Source: Eledone cirrhosa (taxonomy: Eukaryota). Taken from it: a DNA stretch of 64,000 nucleotides. Shown here one piece after another: positions 1-12,203 of the stretch. A program made the position numbers and the translations under genes. The notes beneath the pieces are model-generated. The model was not told the DNA's origin. It was given only the letters and a program-made list of their open reading frames with translations, and searched no databases. The number at the start of each line of letters is the position of its first letter. The stretch's first letter is position 1. The stretch lies in the NCBI GenBank assembly GCA_964016885.1, contig OZ024756.1, forward strand, positions 12,152,001 through 12,216,000, written 5' to 3'.

Positions 1-3000
1 GTAAAGTTGTAGTGCTAGTGTCACAGTAATCTGCACCCAGTACACTCTGGAAAGTTGTAGTGCTAGTGTCACAGTAGCCTGTACCCAGTACACTCTGTAA
101 CGTTGTAGTGCTAGTGTCACAGTAATCTGCACCCAGTACACTCTGTAAAGTTGTAGTGCTAGTGTCACAGTAGCCTGTACCCAGTACACTCTGGAAAGTT
201 GTAGTGCTAGTGTCACAGTAGCCTGTACCCTGTACACTCTGTAAAGTTGTAGTGCTAGTGTCACAGTAGCCTGTACCCAGTACACTCTGGAAAGTTGTAG
301 TGCTAGTGTCACAGTAATCTGCACCCAGTACACTCTGTAAAGTTGTAGTGCTAGTGTCACAGTAATCTGCACCCGGTACACTCTGTAAAGTTGTAGTGCT
401 AGTGTCACAGTAATCTGCACCCAGTACACTCTGGAAAGTTGTAGTGCTAGTGTCACAGTAGCCTGTACCCAGTACACTCTGTAACGTTGTAGTGCTAGTG
501 TCACAGTAATCTGCACCCAGTACACTCTGGAAAGTTGTAGTGCTAGTGTCACAGTAATCTGCACCCAGTACACTCTGGAAAGTTGTAGTGCTAGTGTCAC
601 AGTAGCCTATACCCAGTACACTCTGGAAAGTTGTAGTGCTAGTGTCACAGTAATCTGCACCCAGTACACTCTGGAAAGTTGTAGTGCTAGTGTCACAGTA
701 GCCTGTACCCAGTACACCCTGGAAAGTTGTAGTGCTAGTGTCACAGTAATCTGCACCCAGTACACTCTGGAAAGTTGTAGTGCTAGTGTCACAGTAGCCT
801 GTACCCAGTACACTCTGGAAAGTTGTAGTGCTAGTGTCACAGTAGCCTGTACCCAGTACACTCTGGAAAGTTGTAGTGCTAGTGTCACAGTAGCCTGTAC
901 CCAGTACACTCTGGAAAGTTGTAGTGCTAGTGTCACAGTAGCCTGTACCCTGTACACTCTGGAAAGTTGTAGTGCTAGTGTCACAGTAGCCTGTACCCTG
1001 TACACTCTGGAAAGTCGTAGTGCTAGTGTCACAGTAGCCTGTACCCAGTTCATTCTGTAAAGTTGTAGTGCTAGTGTCACAGTAGCCTGTACCCAGTACA
1101 CTCTGTAAAGTTGTAGTGCTAGTGTCACAGTAGCCTGTACCCAGTACACTCTGGAAAGTTGTAATGCTAGTGTCACAGTAGCCTGTACCCTGTACACTCT
1201 GGAAAGTTGTAGTGCTAGTGTCACAGTAGCTTGTACCCAGTACACTCTGGAAAGTTGTAGTGCTAGTGTCACAGTAGCCTGTACCCTGTACACTCTGTAA
1301 AGTTGTAGTGCTAGTGTCACAGTAGCCTGTACCCAGTACACTCTGGAAAGTTGTAGTGCTAGTGTCACAGTAGCCTGTACCCAGTACACTCTGGAAAGTT
1401 GTAGTGCTAGTGTCACAGTAGCCTGTACCCAGTACACTCTGGAAAGTTGTAGTGCTAGTGTCACAGTAGCCTGTACCCAGTACACTCTGTAAAGTTGTAG
1501 TGCTAGTGTCACAGTAATCTACACCCAGTACACTCTGTAAAGTTGTAGTGCTAGTGTCACCGTAGCCTGTACCCAGTACACTCTGGAAAGTTGTAGTGCT
1601 AGTGTCACAGTAGCCTGTACCCTGTACACTCTGTAAAGTTGTAGTGCTAGTGTCACAGTAGCCTGTACCCAGTACACTCTGGAAAGTTGTAGTGCTAGTG
1701 TCACAGTAATCTGCACCCAGTACACTCTGTAAAGTTGTAGTGCTAGTGTCACAGTAGCCTGTACCCAGTACACTCTGGAAAGTTGTAGTGCTAGTGTCAC
1801 CGTAATCTGCACCCAGTACACTCTGTAAAGTTGTAGTGCTAGTGTCACAGTAGCCTGTACCCAGTACACTCTGGAAAGTTGTAGTGCTAGTGTCACAGTA
1901 GCCTGTACCCTGTACACTCTGGAAAGTTGTAGTGCTAGTGTCACAGTAGCCTGTATCCAGTACACTCTGGAAAGTTGTAGTGCTAGTGTCACAGTAATCT
2001 GCACCCAGTACACTCTGGAAAGTTGTAGTGCTAGTGTCACAGTAGCCTGTACCCAGTACACTCTGTAAAGTTGTAGTGCTAGTGTCACAGTAGCCTGTAC
2101 CCAGTACACTCTGTAAAGTTGTAGTGCTAGTGTCACAGTAGCCTGTACCCAGTACACTCTGGAAAGTTGTAGTGCTAGTGTCACAGTAGCCTATACCCAG
2201 TACACTCTGGAAAGTTGTAGTGCTAGTGTCACAGTAGCCTGCACCCAGTACACTCTGGAAAGTTGTAGTGCTAGTGTCACAGTAGCCTGTACCCAGTACA
2301 CTCTGGAAAGTTGTAGTGCTAGTGTCACAGTAATCTGCACCCAGTACACTCTGTAAAGTTGTAGTGCTAGTGTCACAGTAGCCTGTACCCAGTACACTCT
2401 GGAAAGTTGTAGTGCTAGTGTCACAGTAATCTGCACCCAGTACACTCTGGAAAGTTGTAGTGCTAGTGTCACAGTAATCTGCACCCAGTACACTCTGGAA
2501 AGTTGTAGTGCTAGTGTCACAGTAGCCTATACCCAGTACACTCTGGAAAGTTGTAGTGCTAGTGTCACAGTAGCCTGTACCCAGTACACTCTGGAAAGTT
2601 GTAGTGCTAGTGTCACAGTAATCTGCACCCAGTACACTCTGGAAAGTTGTAGTGCTAGTGTCACAGTAGCCTGTACCCAGTACACTCTGGAAAGTTGTAG
2701 TGCTAGTGTCACAGTAGCCTGTACCCAGTACACTCTGGAAAGTTGTAGTGCTAGTGTCACAGTAGCCTGTACCCAGTACACTCTGGAAAGTTGTAGTGCT
2801 AGTGTCACAGTAGCCTGTACCCAGTACACTCTGGAAAGTTGTAGTGCTAGTGTCACAGTAGCCTGTACCCAGTACACTCTGGAAAGTTGTAGTGCTAGTG
2901 TCACAGTAGCCTGTACCCAGTACACTCTGTAACGTTGTAGTGCTAGTGTCACAGTAATCTGCACCCAGTACACTCTGTAAAGTTGTAGTGCTAGTGTCAC

Positions 3001-6000
3001 AGTAGCCTGTACCCAGTACACTCTGGAAAGTTGTAGTGCTAGTGTCACAGTAGCCTGTACCCTGTACACTCTGTAAAGTTGTAGTGCTAGTGTCACAGTA
3101 GCCTGTACCCAGTACACTCTGGAAAGTTGTAGTGCTAGTGTCACAGTAATCTGCACCCAGTACACTCTGTAAAGTTGTAGTGCTAGTGTCACAGTAATCT
3201 GCACCCGGTACACTCTGTAAAATTGTAGTGCTAGTGTCACAGTAATCTGCACCCAGTACACTCTGGAAAGTTGTAGTGCTAGTGTCACAGTAGCCTGTAC
3301 CCAGTACACTCTGTAACGTTGTAGTGCTAGTGTCACAGTAATCTGCACCCAGTACACTCTGTAAAGTTGTAGTGCTAGTGTCACAGTAGCCTGTACCCAG
3401 TACACTCTGGAAAGTTGTAGTGCTAGTGTCACAGTAGCCTGTACCCTGTACACTCTGTAAAGTTGTAGTGCTAGTGTCACAGTAGCCTGTACCCAGTACA
3501 CTCTGGAAAGTTGTAGTGCTAGTGTCACAGTAATCTGCACCCAGTACACTCTGTAAAGTTGTAGTGCTAGTGTCACAGTAATCTGCACCCGGTACACTCT
3601 GTAAAGTTGTAGTGCTAGTGTCACAGTAATCTGCACCCAGTACACTCTGGAAAGTTGTAGTGCTAGTGTCACAGTAGCCTGTACCCAGTACACTCTGTAA
3701 CGTTGTAGTGCTAGTGTCACAGTAATCTGCACCCAGTACACTCTGGAAAGTTGTAGTGCTAGTGTCACAGTAGCCTGTACCCAGTACACCCTGGAAAGTT
3801 GTAGTGCTAGTGTCACAGTAATCTGCACCCAGTACACTCTGGAAAGTTGTAGTGCTAGTGTCACAGTAGCCTGTACCCAGTACACTCTGGAAAGTTGTAG
3901 TGCTAGTGTCACAGTAGCCTGTACCCAGTACACTCTGGAAAGTTGTAGTGCTAGTGTCACAGTAGCCTGTACCCAGTACACTCTGGAAAGTTGTAGTGCT
4001 AGTGTCACAGTAGCCTGTACCCTGTACACTCTGGAAAGTTGTAGTGCTAGTGTCACAGTAGCCTGTACCCTGTACACTCTGGAAAGTCGTAGTGCTAGTG
4101 TCACAGTAGCCTGTACCCAGTTCATTCTGTAAAGTTGTAGTGCTAGTGTCACAGTAGCCTGTACCCAGTACACTCTGGAAAGTTGTAATGCTAGTGTCAC
4201 AGTAGCCTGTACCCTGTACACTCTGGAAAGTTGTAGTGCTAGTGTCACAGTAGCTTGTACCCAGTACACTCTGGAAAGTTGTAGTGCTAGTGTCACAGTA
4301 GCCTGTACCCTGTACACTCTGTAAAGTTGTAGTGCTAGTGTCACAGTAGCCTGTACCCAGTACACTCTGGAAAGTTGTAGTGCTAGTGTCACAGTAGCCT
4401 GTACCCAGTACACTCTGGAAAGTTGTAGTGCTAGTGTCACAGTAGCCTGTACCCAGTACACTCTGGAAAGTTGTAGTGCTAGTGTCACAGTAGCCTGTAC
4501 CCAGTACACTCTGTAAAGTTGTAGTGCTAGTGTCACAGTAATCTGCACCCAGTACACTCTGTAAAGTTGTAGTGCTAGTGTCACCGTAGCCTGTACCCAG
4601 TACACTCTGGAAAGTTGTAGTGCTAGTGTCACAGTAGCCTGTACCCTGTACACTCTGTAAAGTTGTAGTGCTAGTGTCACAGTAGCCTGTACCCAGTACA
4701 CTCTGGAAAGTTGTAGTGCTAGTGTCACAGTAATCTGCACCCAGTACACTCTGTAAAGTTGTAGTGCTAGTGTCACAGTAGCCTGTACCCAGTACACTCT
4801 GGAAAGTTGTAGTGCTAGTGTCACCGTAATCTGCACCCAGTACACTCTGTAAAGTTGTAGTGCTAGTGTCACAGTAGCCTGTACCCAGTACACTCTGGAA
4901 AGTTGTAGTGCTAGTGTCACAGTAGCCTGTACCCTGTACACTCTGGAAAGTTGTAGTGCTAGTGTCACAGTAGCCTGTATCCAGTACACTCTGGAAAGTT
5001 GTAGTGCTAGTGTCACAGTAATCTGCACCCAGTACACTCTGTAAAGTTGTAGTGCTAGTGTCACAGTAGCCTGTACCCAGTACACTCTGGAAAGTTGTAG
5101 TGCTAGTGTCACAGTAGCCTGTACCCAGTACACTCTGGAAAGTTGTAGTGCTAGTGTCACAGTAATCTGCACCCAGTACACTCTGTAAAGTTGTAGTGCT
5201 AGTGTCACAGTAGCCTGTACCCAGTACACTCTGGAAAGTTGTAGTGCTAGTGTCACAGTAGCCTATAGCCAGTACACTCTGGAAAGTTGTAGTGCTAGTG
5301 TCACAGTAGCCTGTACCCAGTACACTCTGGAAAGTTGTAGTGCTAGTGTCACAGTAATCTGCACCCACTACACTCTGGAAAGTTGTAGTGCTAGTGTCAC
5401 AGAAGCCTGTACCCAGTACACTCTGGAAAGTTGTAGTGCTAGTGTCACAGTAGCCTGTACCCAGTACACTCTGGAAAGTTGTAGTGCTAGTGTCACAGTA
5501 GCCTGTACCCAGTACATTCTGTAAAGTTGTAGTGCTAGTGTCACAGTAGCCTGTACCCTGTACACTCTGGAAAGTTGTAGTGCTAGTGTCACAGTAGCCT
5601 GTACCCAGTTCATTCTGTAAAGTTGTAGTGCTAGTGTCACAGTAGCCTGTACCCAGTACATTCTGTAAAGTTGTAGTGCTAGTGTCACAGTAGCCTGTAC
5701 CCAGTACACTCTGGAAAGTTGTAATGCTAGTGTCACAGTAGCCTGTACCCTGTACACTCTGGAAAGTTGTAGTGCTAGTGTCACAGTAGCCTGTACCCAG
5801 TACACTCTGGAAAGTTGTACTGCTAGTGTCACAGTAGCCTGTACCCTGTACACTCTGTAAAGTTGTAGTGCTAGTGTCACAGTAGCCTGTACCCTGTACA
5901 CTCTGGAAAGTTGTAGTGCTAGTGTCACAGTAGCCTGTACCCTGTACACTCTGGAAAGTTGTAGTGCTAGTGTCACAGTAGCCTGTACCCTGTACACTCT

Positions 6001-6545
6001 GGAAAGTTGTAGTGCTAGTGTCACAGTAGCCTGTACCCAGTACACTCTGGAAAGTTGTAGTGCTAGTGTCACAGTAGCCTGTACCCAGTACACTCTGGAA
6101 AGTTGTAGTGCTAGTGTCACAGTAGCCTGTACCCAGTACACTCTGGAAAGTTGTAGTGCTAGTGTCACAGTAGCCTGTACCCAGTACACTCTGGAAAGTT
6201 GTAGTGCTAGTGTCACAGTAGCCTGTACCCTGCACACTCTGGAAAGTTGTAGTGCTAGTGTCACAGTAGCCTGTACCCTGTACACTCTGGAAAGTCGTAG
6301 TGCTAGTGTCACAGTAGCCTGTACCCTGTACACTCTGTAAAGTTATAGTGCTAGTGTCACAGTAGCCTGTACCCTGTACACTCTGGAAAGTTGTAGTGCG
6401 AGCGTCACGATAATCTGCACCAGTACACTCTGTAAAGTTATAGTGCTAGTGTCACAGTAGCCTGTACCCTGTACACTCTGGAAAGTTTTAGTGCGAGCGT
6501 CACGATAATCTGCACCAGTACACTCTGTAAAGTTATAGTGCTGGT
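1..6545 (+). repeat. 48-bp minisatellite, about 136 units, runs off the window start
   Basis: Unit GTGTCACAGTA(GC/AT)CTG(T/C)ACCCAGTACACTCTG(G/T)AAAGTTGTAGTGCTA repeats head to tail. The 16-aa periodic minus-strand ORFs are a by-product. Confidence 0.98.
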
Positions 6546-6639
6546 CTTCACAGACCAAGTTAGTACTGAAGCTGACCTCCCAGACAAGGTTGGAGATCTG
6601 TAAGGCAGGAGTGCACACACACACATATATATTTGCACA

Positions 6640-6935
6640 CCCTGTAAGATGATCGTGTTGGTGCCATGACAAAAGGCACCAAGTAAGGTGGTAGTGTTGG
6701 TGCCACAAATAAAGCATACCATCCATTCTGTAAGGTGGTAGTGCCAGTGCCATGAAAAAAAGCCATCCGAGTACACCCTGTAAATTGGTTGGCATCAGGA
6801 AGAGCATCCAGCTGTAGAAAACCAGGCCAAAGATGGAGCAAGTCGTGGTTACCTGGTCTGTCTGGCCTTGTAACTTGACAGTCATTTTAAACCATACAAG
6901 CATGGAAAAAAGATGTTAAACAGTGATGGTGATAC
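6640..6935 (+). mobile_element. Degraded SINE/RTE 3' body adjoining the 48-bp array
   Basis: Degenerate GTGCCA-AAAA-GCACC-CTGTAAGGTGG modules, then GGAAGAGCATCCAGCTGTAGAAA and a CAAGCATGGAAAA...GATGTTAAAC-GATG tail. Confidence 0.75.
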
Positions 6936-7189
6936 ATATACACACACACTCTCTCACACATTGAAAAAATTCTCTCTCTTCTCCAGGCAAATTATGTCAT
7001 TTTGGTCAATCTAGCAACTAATAGATCCCTAATAGTATTTAATTGGTTGCTCTCAGCAAGAACATCCAGCTGTGAAGTGTTTGCTCCAACAAATTAGTTC
7101 ACATCTCTTTACTGAACCGTCCTAATCTATGTTTGTACAGTGAGAAAACAGAACCAGTGGAAGAATATAAGACGAACTGGGTTATATCA

Positions 7190-7506
7190 TGCAAGCACAT
7201 AGTGGTTAGAGCATTGCCCTTGCAATCAAAAGGTTGTGAGTTCAATTCTCAGACCGGGTGATGTGTTGTTTCCTTGAGCAAGACACTTTATTTCACATTG
7301 CTCCAGTTTACTCAGCTGTAGAAATGAGATGATAGGGACTAGGGTCCCTATCATTCCACTGCAAAGTGGTCGTGGGGGTGCCACGGCAAAAAAGCACCCA
7401 GCACTCACTGTAAATGAGGTTGGTGTTAGGAAGGCATCCAGCTGTAGAAATCAAGCCAGAATCAGTTCCCGTCCCACCCTTGCAAGCAGGGAAAAACGGA
7501 CGTAAA

Positions 7507-7537
<31 letters not shown>
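7190..7537 (+). mobile_element. tRNA-derived SINE family A (RTE-type tail, (GAT)n end)
   Basis: Head AGTGGTTAGAGC...GAGTTCAATTCTC (A/B-box-like), CCTTGAGCAAGACACTT core and 3' CCCTTGCAAGCAGGGAAAA-CGGACGTAAAA(TGA)n. About 10 near-identical copies in the window. Confidence 0.92.
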
Positions 7538-7538
<1 letters not shown>

Positions 7539-7959
7539 ATATATGAATGTCTAGGTGGTAAACTCTCTGCACACTCTGGGTTCAAATCCCACTGAGGTCA
7601 GCTTTACCTTTCATCTCTTCGTGGTCGATAAAGAAAAATGCCAGCTCGGTACTGTGTTTGACTCTTCCTCTGTATCTCCTTCTCACTTCCTCTCTCTCTC
7701 CTTCTCTGGAAGAAATCAGCATTGACTCTGTCCTGATCTGGAGAGGCAATGTTCTCTGCCAGCTTCTAAGAGCTCCAATTATGCCATAACATTACATCTC
7801 TATGGCTTCAACAGTTACATCTCCATGTATACATACAGATATCTAAAGAACAAACTGGTTTTCTAATTCAAATGTTTATAACAGATTTACTAGTAAACAG
7901 AATGTTATAAAAATTTACTGTATTAGCGTAAAAGATTTTAATATTTAATGTGATACAGT

Positions 7960-8345
7960 CATAATAATAATAATGAAATTATTGTGTAAAGTGCTCAGGT
8001 GCACTACAACTCGTCAATATAGTACATAGAATAATACACAAATGTCAGGGAAGTACATGTGTGTATGTGTTAGCTGTAGTGTTGGCGGATCTCGGGAAGC
8101 ATGGAGGCCTTAAAGGATGCAGTGTCTCGACAGCTAACAACTGATGCAGGTAGTTTGTTCCATGGAGACCTTAAAGGATGCAGTGTTTCGACAGCTAACA
8201 ACTGATGCAGGTAGTTTGTTCCATGCTTCAGCAACTCTGAGCGTGAAAAAATGTTTCCGAAAGTCATGGGAACTGTGCTGTTTTCTTACTTTGTGAGCAT
8301 GTCCACGTGTGTTAGACACATGGAAATCAAAAAGGTACTCAGGGT
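7960..8345 (-). mobile_element. CR1/L2-group LINE 3' end fragment
   Basis: Translation SNTRGHAHKVRKQHSSHDFRKHFFTLRVAEAWNKLPASVV matches the TRGH...FF.RV...WN.LP C-terminal motif. (ATT)n tail and a short internal duplication. Same tail recurs at about 62540-62710. Confidence 0.85.
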
Positions 8346-8531
8346 TGAGTCATAGTGCAAGAATCTTTTGTTAGTGCAGATTCATGTTAATAATGAGAAA
8401 GTTAGTTATATCACTAAATTCATTTGAATTTCTCTGAATTCTCAATTATTTTCAAAATTACGTGAAAACCATATTCATTAGAAATATGGTAATGATGGTA
8501 ACAATGATGGTTTATTTTTGTTATTTTTCAG

Positions 8532-8691
8532 GTTTCATTTATGGAAAGTGTTAGATAAATGCCACCATTCCATATTGTTACGTGTCCAACAATTCATGGC
8601 TGTACTTTCACAAAAACTCCAAGCTCTCGAAGTTGCCACGGATCGAGTACAGCGAGTAAATGCCCAATTGATGGCAAGCCTTCACACAAAG
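8532..8691 (+). CDS. NUGGC: Internal coding exon A of a SLIP-GC/NUGGC-like dynamin-family GTPase gene
   Basis: Acceptor TTTTTCAG at 8524-8531, donor GTAAAC at 8692. Open frame FHLWKVLDKCHHSILLRVQQFMAVLSQKLQALEVATDRVQRVNAQLMASLHTK; phase 2 start, phase 0 end. Family call rests on recalled similarity of the joined exons. Confidence 0.7.
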
Positions 8692-8833
8692 GTAAACATC
8701 ATAACACTGTTTTTTTTTTATTTTGTTTTGAATATGTTTGTGTGAGTGTGTGTGTATATATATATATATCTGTTATTAATTCTGACAATATTACACAAAT
8801 ATGACCCTCCCCAAGTATAACAATATATATATC

Positions 8834-8887
<54 letters not shown>

Positions 8888-8893
<6 letters not shown>

Positions 8894-9265
8894 ATCAAAA
8901 GATGGTTGAAAGAGTTCCAAGTATTTTATTATGCGCATTTCAAAAACAAATATCATCATGGGGTGATATCTGCGTTCTCATCAGATAAAATAGGGAGACA
9001 TGATATGAAGCTTAAAAAACAAAACTTCACTGCTCACAAGTGTTTTTTAAGCTTCATATCATGTCTCCCTATTTTATCTGATGAGAACGCAGATATCATC
9101 CCATGATGATATTTGTTTTTGAAATGCGCATAATAAAATACTTGGAACTCTTTTAACCATCTTTTGATCTTATATTATTTATACTCCAGTCCTACAAACT
9201 GTAGAGTGCTACTTATCCGATATCTGCATTGCTTTATTGTGCTACAATAAAACTCACCTCCTACA
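8888..9265 (+). mobile_element. Penelope-like fold-back remnant (about 130-bp arms plus tail)
   Basis: 8888-9020 is the reverse complement of 9042-9174. Begins in (TA)n, contains a hammerhead motif and has the tail hairpin at 9182-9210. Confidence 0.85.
9070..9140 (+). ncRNA. Type I minimal hammerhead ribozyme (mirror copy on - strand at 8922-8992)
   Basis: Stem I TATTTTAT/ATAAAATA, core CTGATGA (9078-9084), about 15-bp stem II, GAAA (9121-9124), palindromic TGCGCA, cleavage triplet ATA. Confidence 0.85.
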
Positions 9266-9817
9266 TATATAAGAATAAATGGGCTGTGTAGTTGCTGGAT
9301 AAAGTGTACTTATTAAAAGAGGAAAGCAAGAACGGGAGAAAATTTTCCTTCATCAGCTGTCTGCTGGGGATCTTGGACAATTCAACACATTAAAGACAAT
9401 ATGTCTCACCCCAGGGTGTCAATAACTCAAGTAAGTTATTGGGAAGAAAAAGAAAAAAAATGAAAAAAAACAGGAGGCAACAAACCGAAGAGGGAAACCT
9501 GAAGCACGTGTGTGAGCAACTGGAAGAGAGAGAGAGAAATTAAAGTCGACGTCAATTACTGAACATAAGTTCGAGGCTGTGTGGACGAGAAAAAAAATAC
9601 GTCTGATCTCCACAAGAATTAGTGAGAAAGAGACAGCTAGAGGAGCAGGCAAGAGAAACAGTGAGGTGGTTAGCAGAGAGAGGGAGAGGAAGATTTGATA
9701 GCAACAACATAGATAGGGAGAAAGAGAGGATAGGTCACGGCGAAAGTTGATACAAATTTAAGAATAAACGGGAGCATGAAAGATAGACATTAGACGATGA
9801 TGATGATGATATATATA

Positions 9818-10005
9818 TAAATGGCTTCTACAAGACTAGAACTGTTTCATTCGAAGGAAATTATCAGGAAAGCTTTCTGATGATTTCCTTCAAATGAAAC
9901 TGTTCTAGTCCTGTAGAAGGTATTTCTATATTAAATAGTGTATATACTCTACTATGTATTGAGTACCTTACTTACTGTGGTTACCCCTGATTGATCCCGG
10001 AATAC
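9818..10005 (+). mobile_element. Penelope-like fold-back remnant family A with hammerhead core
   Basis: Palindrome centred on GAAAGCTTTC. CTGATGA 9877-9883, GAAA 9896-9899, GTC 9908-9910. Tail homologous to the reverse complement of 55311-55375; (TA)n on both sides. Confidence 0.8.
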
Positions 10006-10062
10006 ACATATATATATATATGTGTTTGTGTGTGCGTATATATATATATATATATTTATTTG

Positions 10063-10133
<71 letters not shown>

Positions 10134-10274
10134 TTGTATGTATATATATATATATATTTATTTGTATGTATGTATGTATATATATATATATATATATATA
10201 TTTATTTGTATGTATGTATATATATATATATATATTTGTATGTATGTATATATATATATATATTTATTTGTATG

Positions 10275-10336
<62 letters not shown>
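10006..10336. repeat. (TA)n/(TATG)n compound microsatellite
   Basis: Direct reading. Similar tracts near 8820, 33720-33990, 41845-42225, 44200-44455 and 63160-63420. Confidence 0.97.
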
Positions 10337-10339
<3 letters not shown>

Positions 10340-10589
10340 TTCCTAAATATACCAACTCTGCATTCCATCACAAGAGAGTGGGATGTAAAATCATAACCAG
10401 GAAAAGGCTTGCTGAAATCACAAGCCGAAACCGCTTGGCACTGCAGTCAGGAATTTACATATCCATATACCCACCCTGCATCCCCTATGAATTGAGTATT
10501 CCCGTGATTAATGGTTTCCTCAGTCTCGGCACTGTAGACTGTATATATATGTGTGTGTGTATGTATGTCTATATATATACTGTAATATA

Positions 10590-11147
10590 AGTTTTGTAGA
10601 AATATCCAAAGGTAAGAGCACTCAGTCCATAGGACAGGTAAAGTATTATTAGTTACAACAGTGACATGTACAGGTTTCATTGGGTTATAAAATCCATCCT
10701 TTATGTTAATGGTACAAAATTTTGTCAGCTATGTAACTCAGAAAAGTAGAATATACTCTTGCAACTGGCTTCAGAGAAACACTGCTTAAATACTTGCCTC
10801 AACTGCTTTAGTCACTGTCCGCACAAAGTGAAATTCATTCTAAGAAAATGGTATAACTGATTTTAATTTCAAGGAATTTGACTTTTTTTAATTACTAACT
10901 TTGCACAAGTCCCCACCTCCTTTGTAGTCTCTGTTGATATTCACCTCCCTTTACATTATCTAAAAGATTTGTTTATTATATAGCTAAATTCAAAATTACC
11001 TGCCCTTGAAGAACTCTTGTGTATTTTCAAAAAACCTCAAATTAACCTGTGGAGGTAGCCATTTTATTTTATGTAACAGGCTGAATGAGTTATGTCGTAT
11101 AACGCAATGAAACTTAAGTACCTGTATATGTCACTGTTGTAACTAAT
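10590..11147 (+). mobile_element. 5'-truncated Penelope-like element: inverted pLTR piece, endonuclease C-terminus, pLTR
   Basis: 10702-10860 translates YVNGTKFCQLCNSEK*NILLQLASEKHCLNTCLNCFSHCPHKVKFILRKWYN*, matching the C.LC..EK...LN....C.H..KF end of PLE GIY-YIG proteins. About 10646-10690 is an inverted copy of about 11100-11147. Confidence 0.8.
11076..11125 (+). ncRNA. Hammerhead ribozyme candidate with variant core CUGAAUGA
   Basis: ACAGG-CTGAATGA-GTTAT/ATAAC-GCAAT-GAAA-CTTAAG-TA-CCTGT: perfect 5-bp stem I and palindromic stem III. Confidence 0.65.
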
Positions 11148-11157
11148 ATATATATAT

Positions 11158-11503
11158 CATTTCATTTTCATCATTTCATTTTACGTCCGCTTTTTCCCTG
11201 CTTGCAAGGGTGGGACGATAACTGATTCTGGCTTGATTTCTACAGCTGGATGCCCTTCCTAACACCAACCTCATTTACAGTGAGTGCTGGGTGCTTTTTT
11301 GCCGTAGCGCCTCCACGACCACTTTACAGTGGAATGATAGGGACCCCAGTCCCTATCATCTCATTTCTACAGCTGAGTAAACTGGAGCAATGTGAAATAA
11401 AGTGTCTTGCTCAAGGAAACAACACATCACCCGGTCTGAGAATTGAACTCACAACCTTTCGATTGCAAGGCCAATGCTCTAACCACTAAGCCATGTGCCT
11501 CCA
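11158..11503 (-). mobile_element. SINE family A
   Basis: Full-length reverse-complement copy. Confidence 0.93.
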
Positions 11504-11526
11504 TATATGTTATATATATATATATG

Positions 11527-11683
11527 CAGAGTGGGATTTACGTATAAGCTAAACAAGCTATAGCTTAGGGCCCCCACACAAAAAAACAGCGACAATTTGT
11601 CGCTGACATAGGACATCTGGACATATAAAGGGCCCCATTATCTCAAATAGCTTAGGGCCTCATCAAATCTATATCCGGCCCTG
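11527..11683. mobile_element. hAT-type MITE
   Basis: Imperfect TIRs CAGAGTGGGATTTA / TATATCCGGCCCTG and internal TAGCTTAGGGCC repeats. Confidence 0.65.
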
Positions 11684-11716
11684 TATATATGTATGTTATA
11701 TATATATATATGTGTG

Positions 11717-11751
<35 letters not shown>

Positions 11752-11754
<3 letters not shown>

Positions 11755-12203
11755 TTCAAGAGTAACCAATCTTAAAGAGAGAGATGGAGATAGTAGAGGA
11801 AAGATTGGTGAGTTAGTTAGAAGCCAAAGCGTGAAGGCATGTGCTCAATGTGCAATATGCAGTAGAAAGCAGCTAGGTGGCTGGGTTCATGCAGAGGTTA
11901 GGTGCACAGAGCTGGAAATATTCATTAGTTAAGCAAAACAAGACCACAAATTTCACAAGGAAGACATTATTAAAAGGTTGTCAACATATTTTAGTTTGAT
12001 GTAAGGAATGGAGAGAATAATAATAATGATAATATTAATAATAATTATTATTATTATATTATTGTATTATTATATTATTATTATTAATATTATCATTATT
12101 ATTATTCTCTACATTCCTTACATCAAACTAAAATATGTTGACAACCTTTTAATAATGTCTTCCTTGTGAAATTTGTGGTTTTGTTTTGCTTAACTAATGA
12201 ATA
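11752..12203 (-). mobile_element. Fold-back remnant family B (about 120-bp arms, 170-bp tail)
   Basis: 11919-12045 is inverted against 12085-12203. Homologous copies at 60987-61628 and 47805-47960; flanked by (TA)n. Confidence 0.8.

Noticed and set aside
1-6545. CRISPR array, or the 909-aa and other repetitive ORFs
   Set aside because: Units are contiguous with no unique spacers, there are no cas genes and the context is eukaryotic. The ORFs arise because the 48-bp unit lacks stops in one frame.
9991-10590. YI/IY-rich ORFs here and at 33659, 44157, 47729 and the N-terminus of 63059
   Set aside because: Translations of (TA)n/(TG)n microsatellites.
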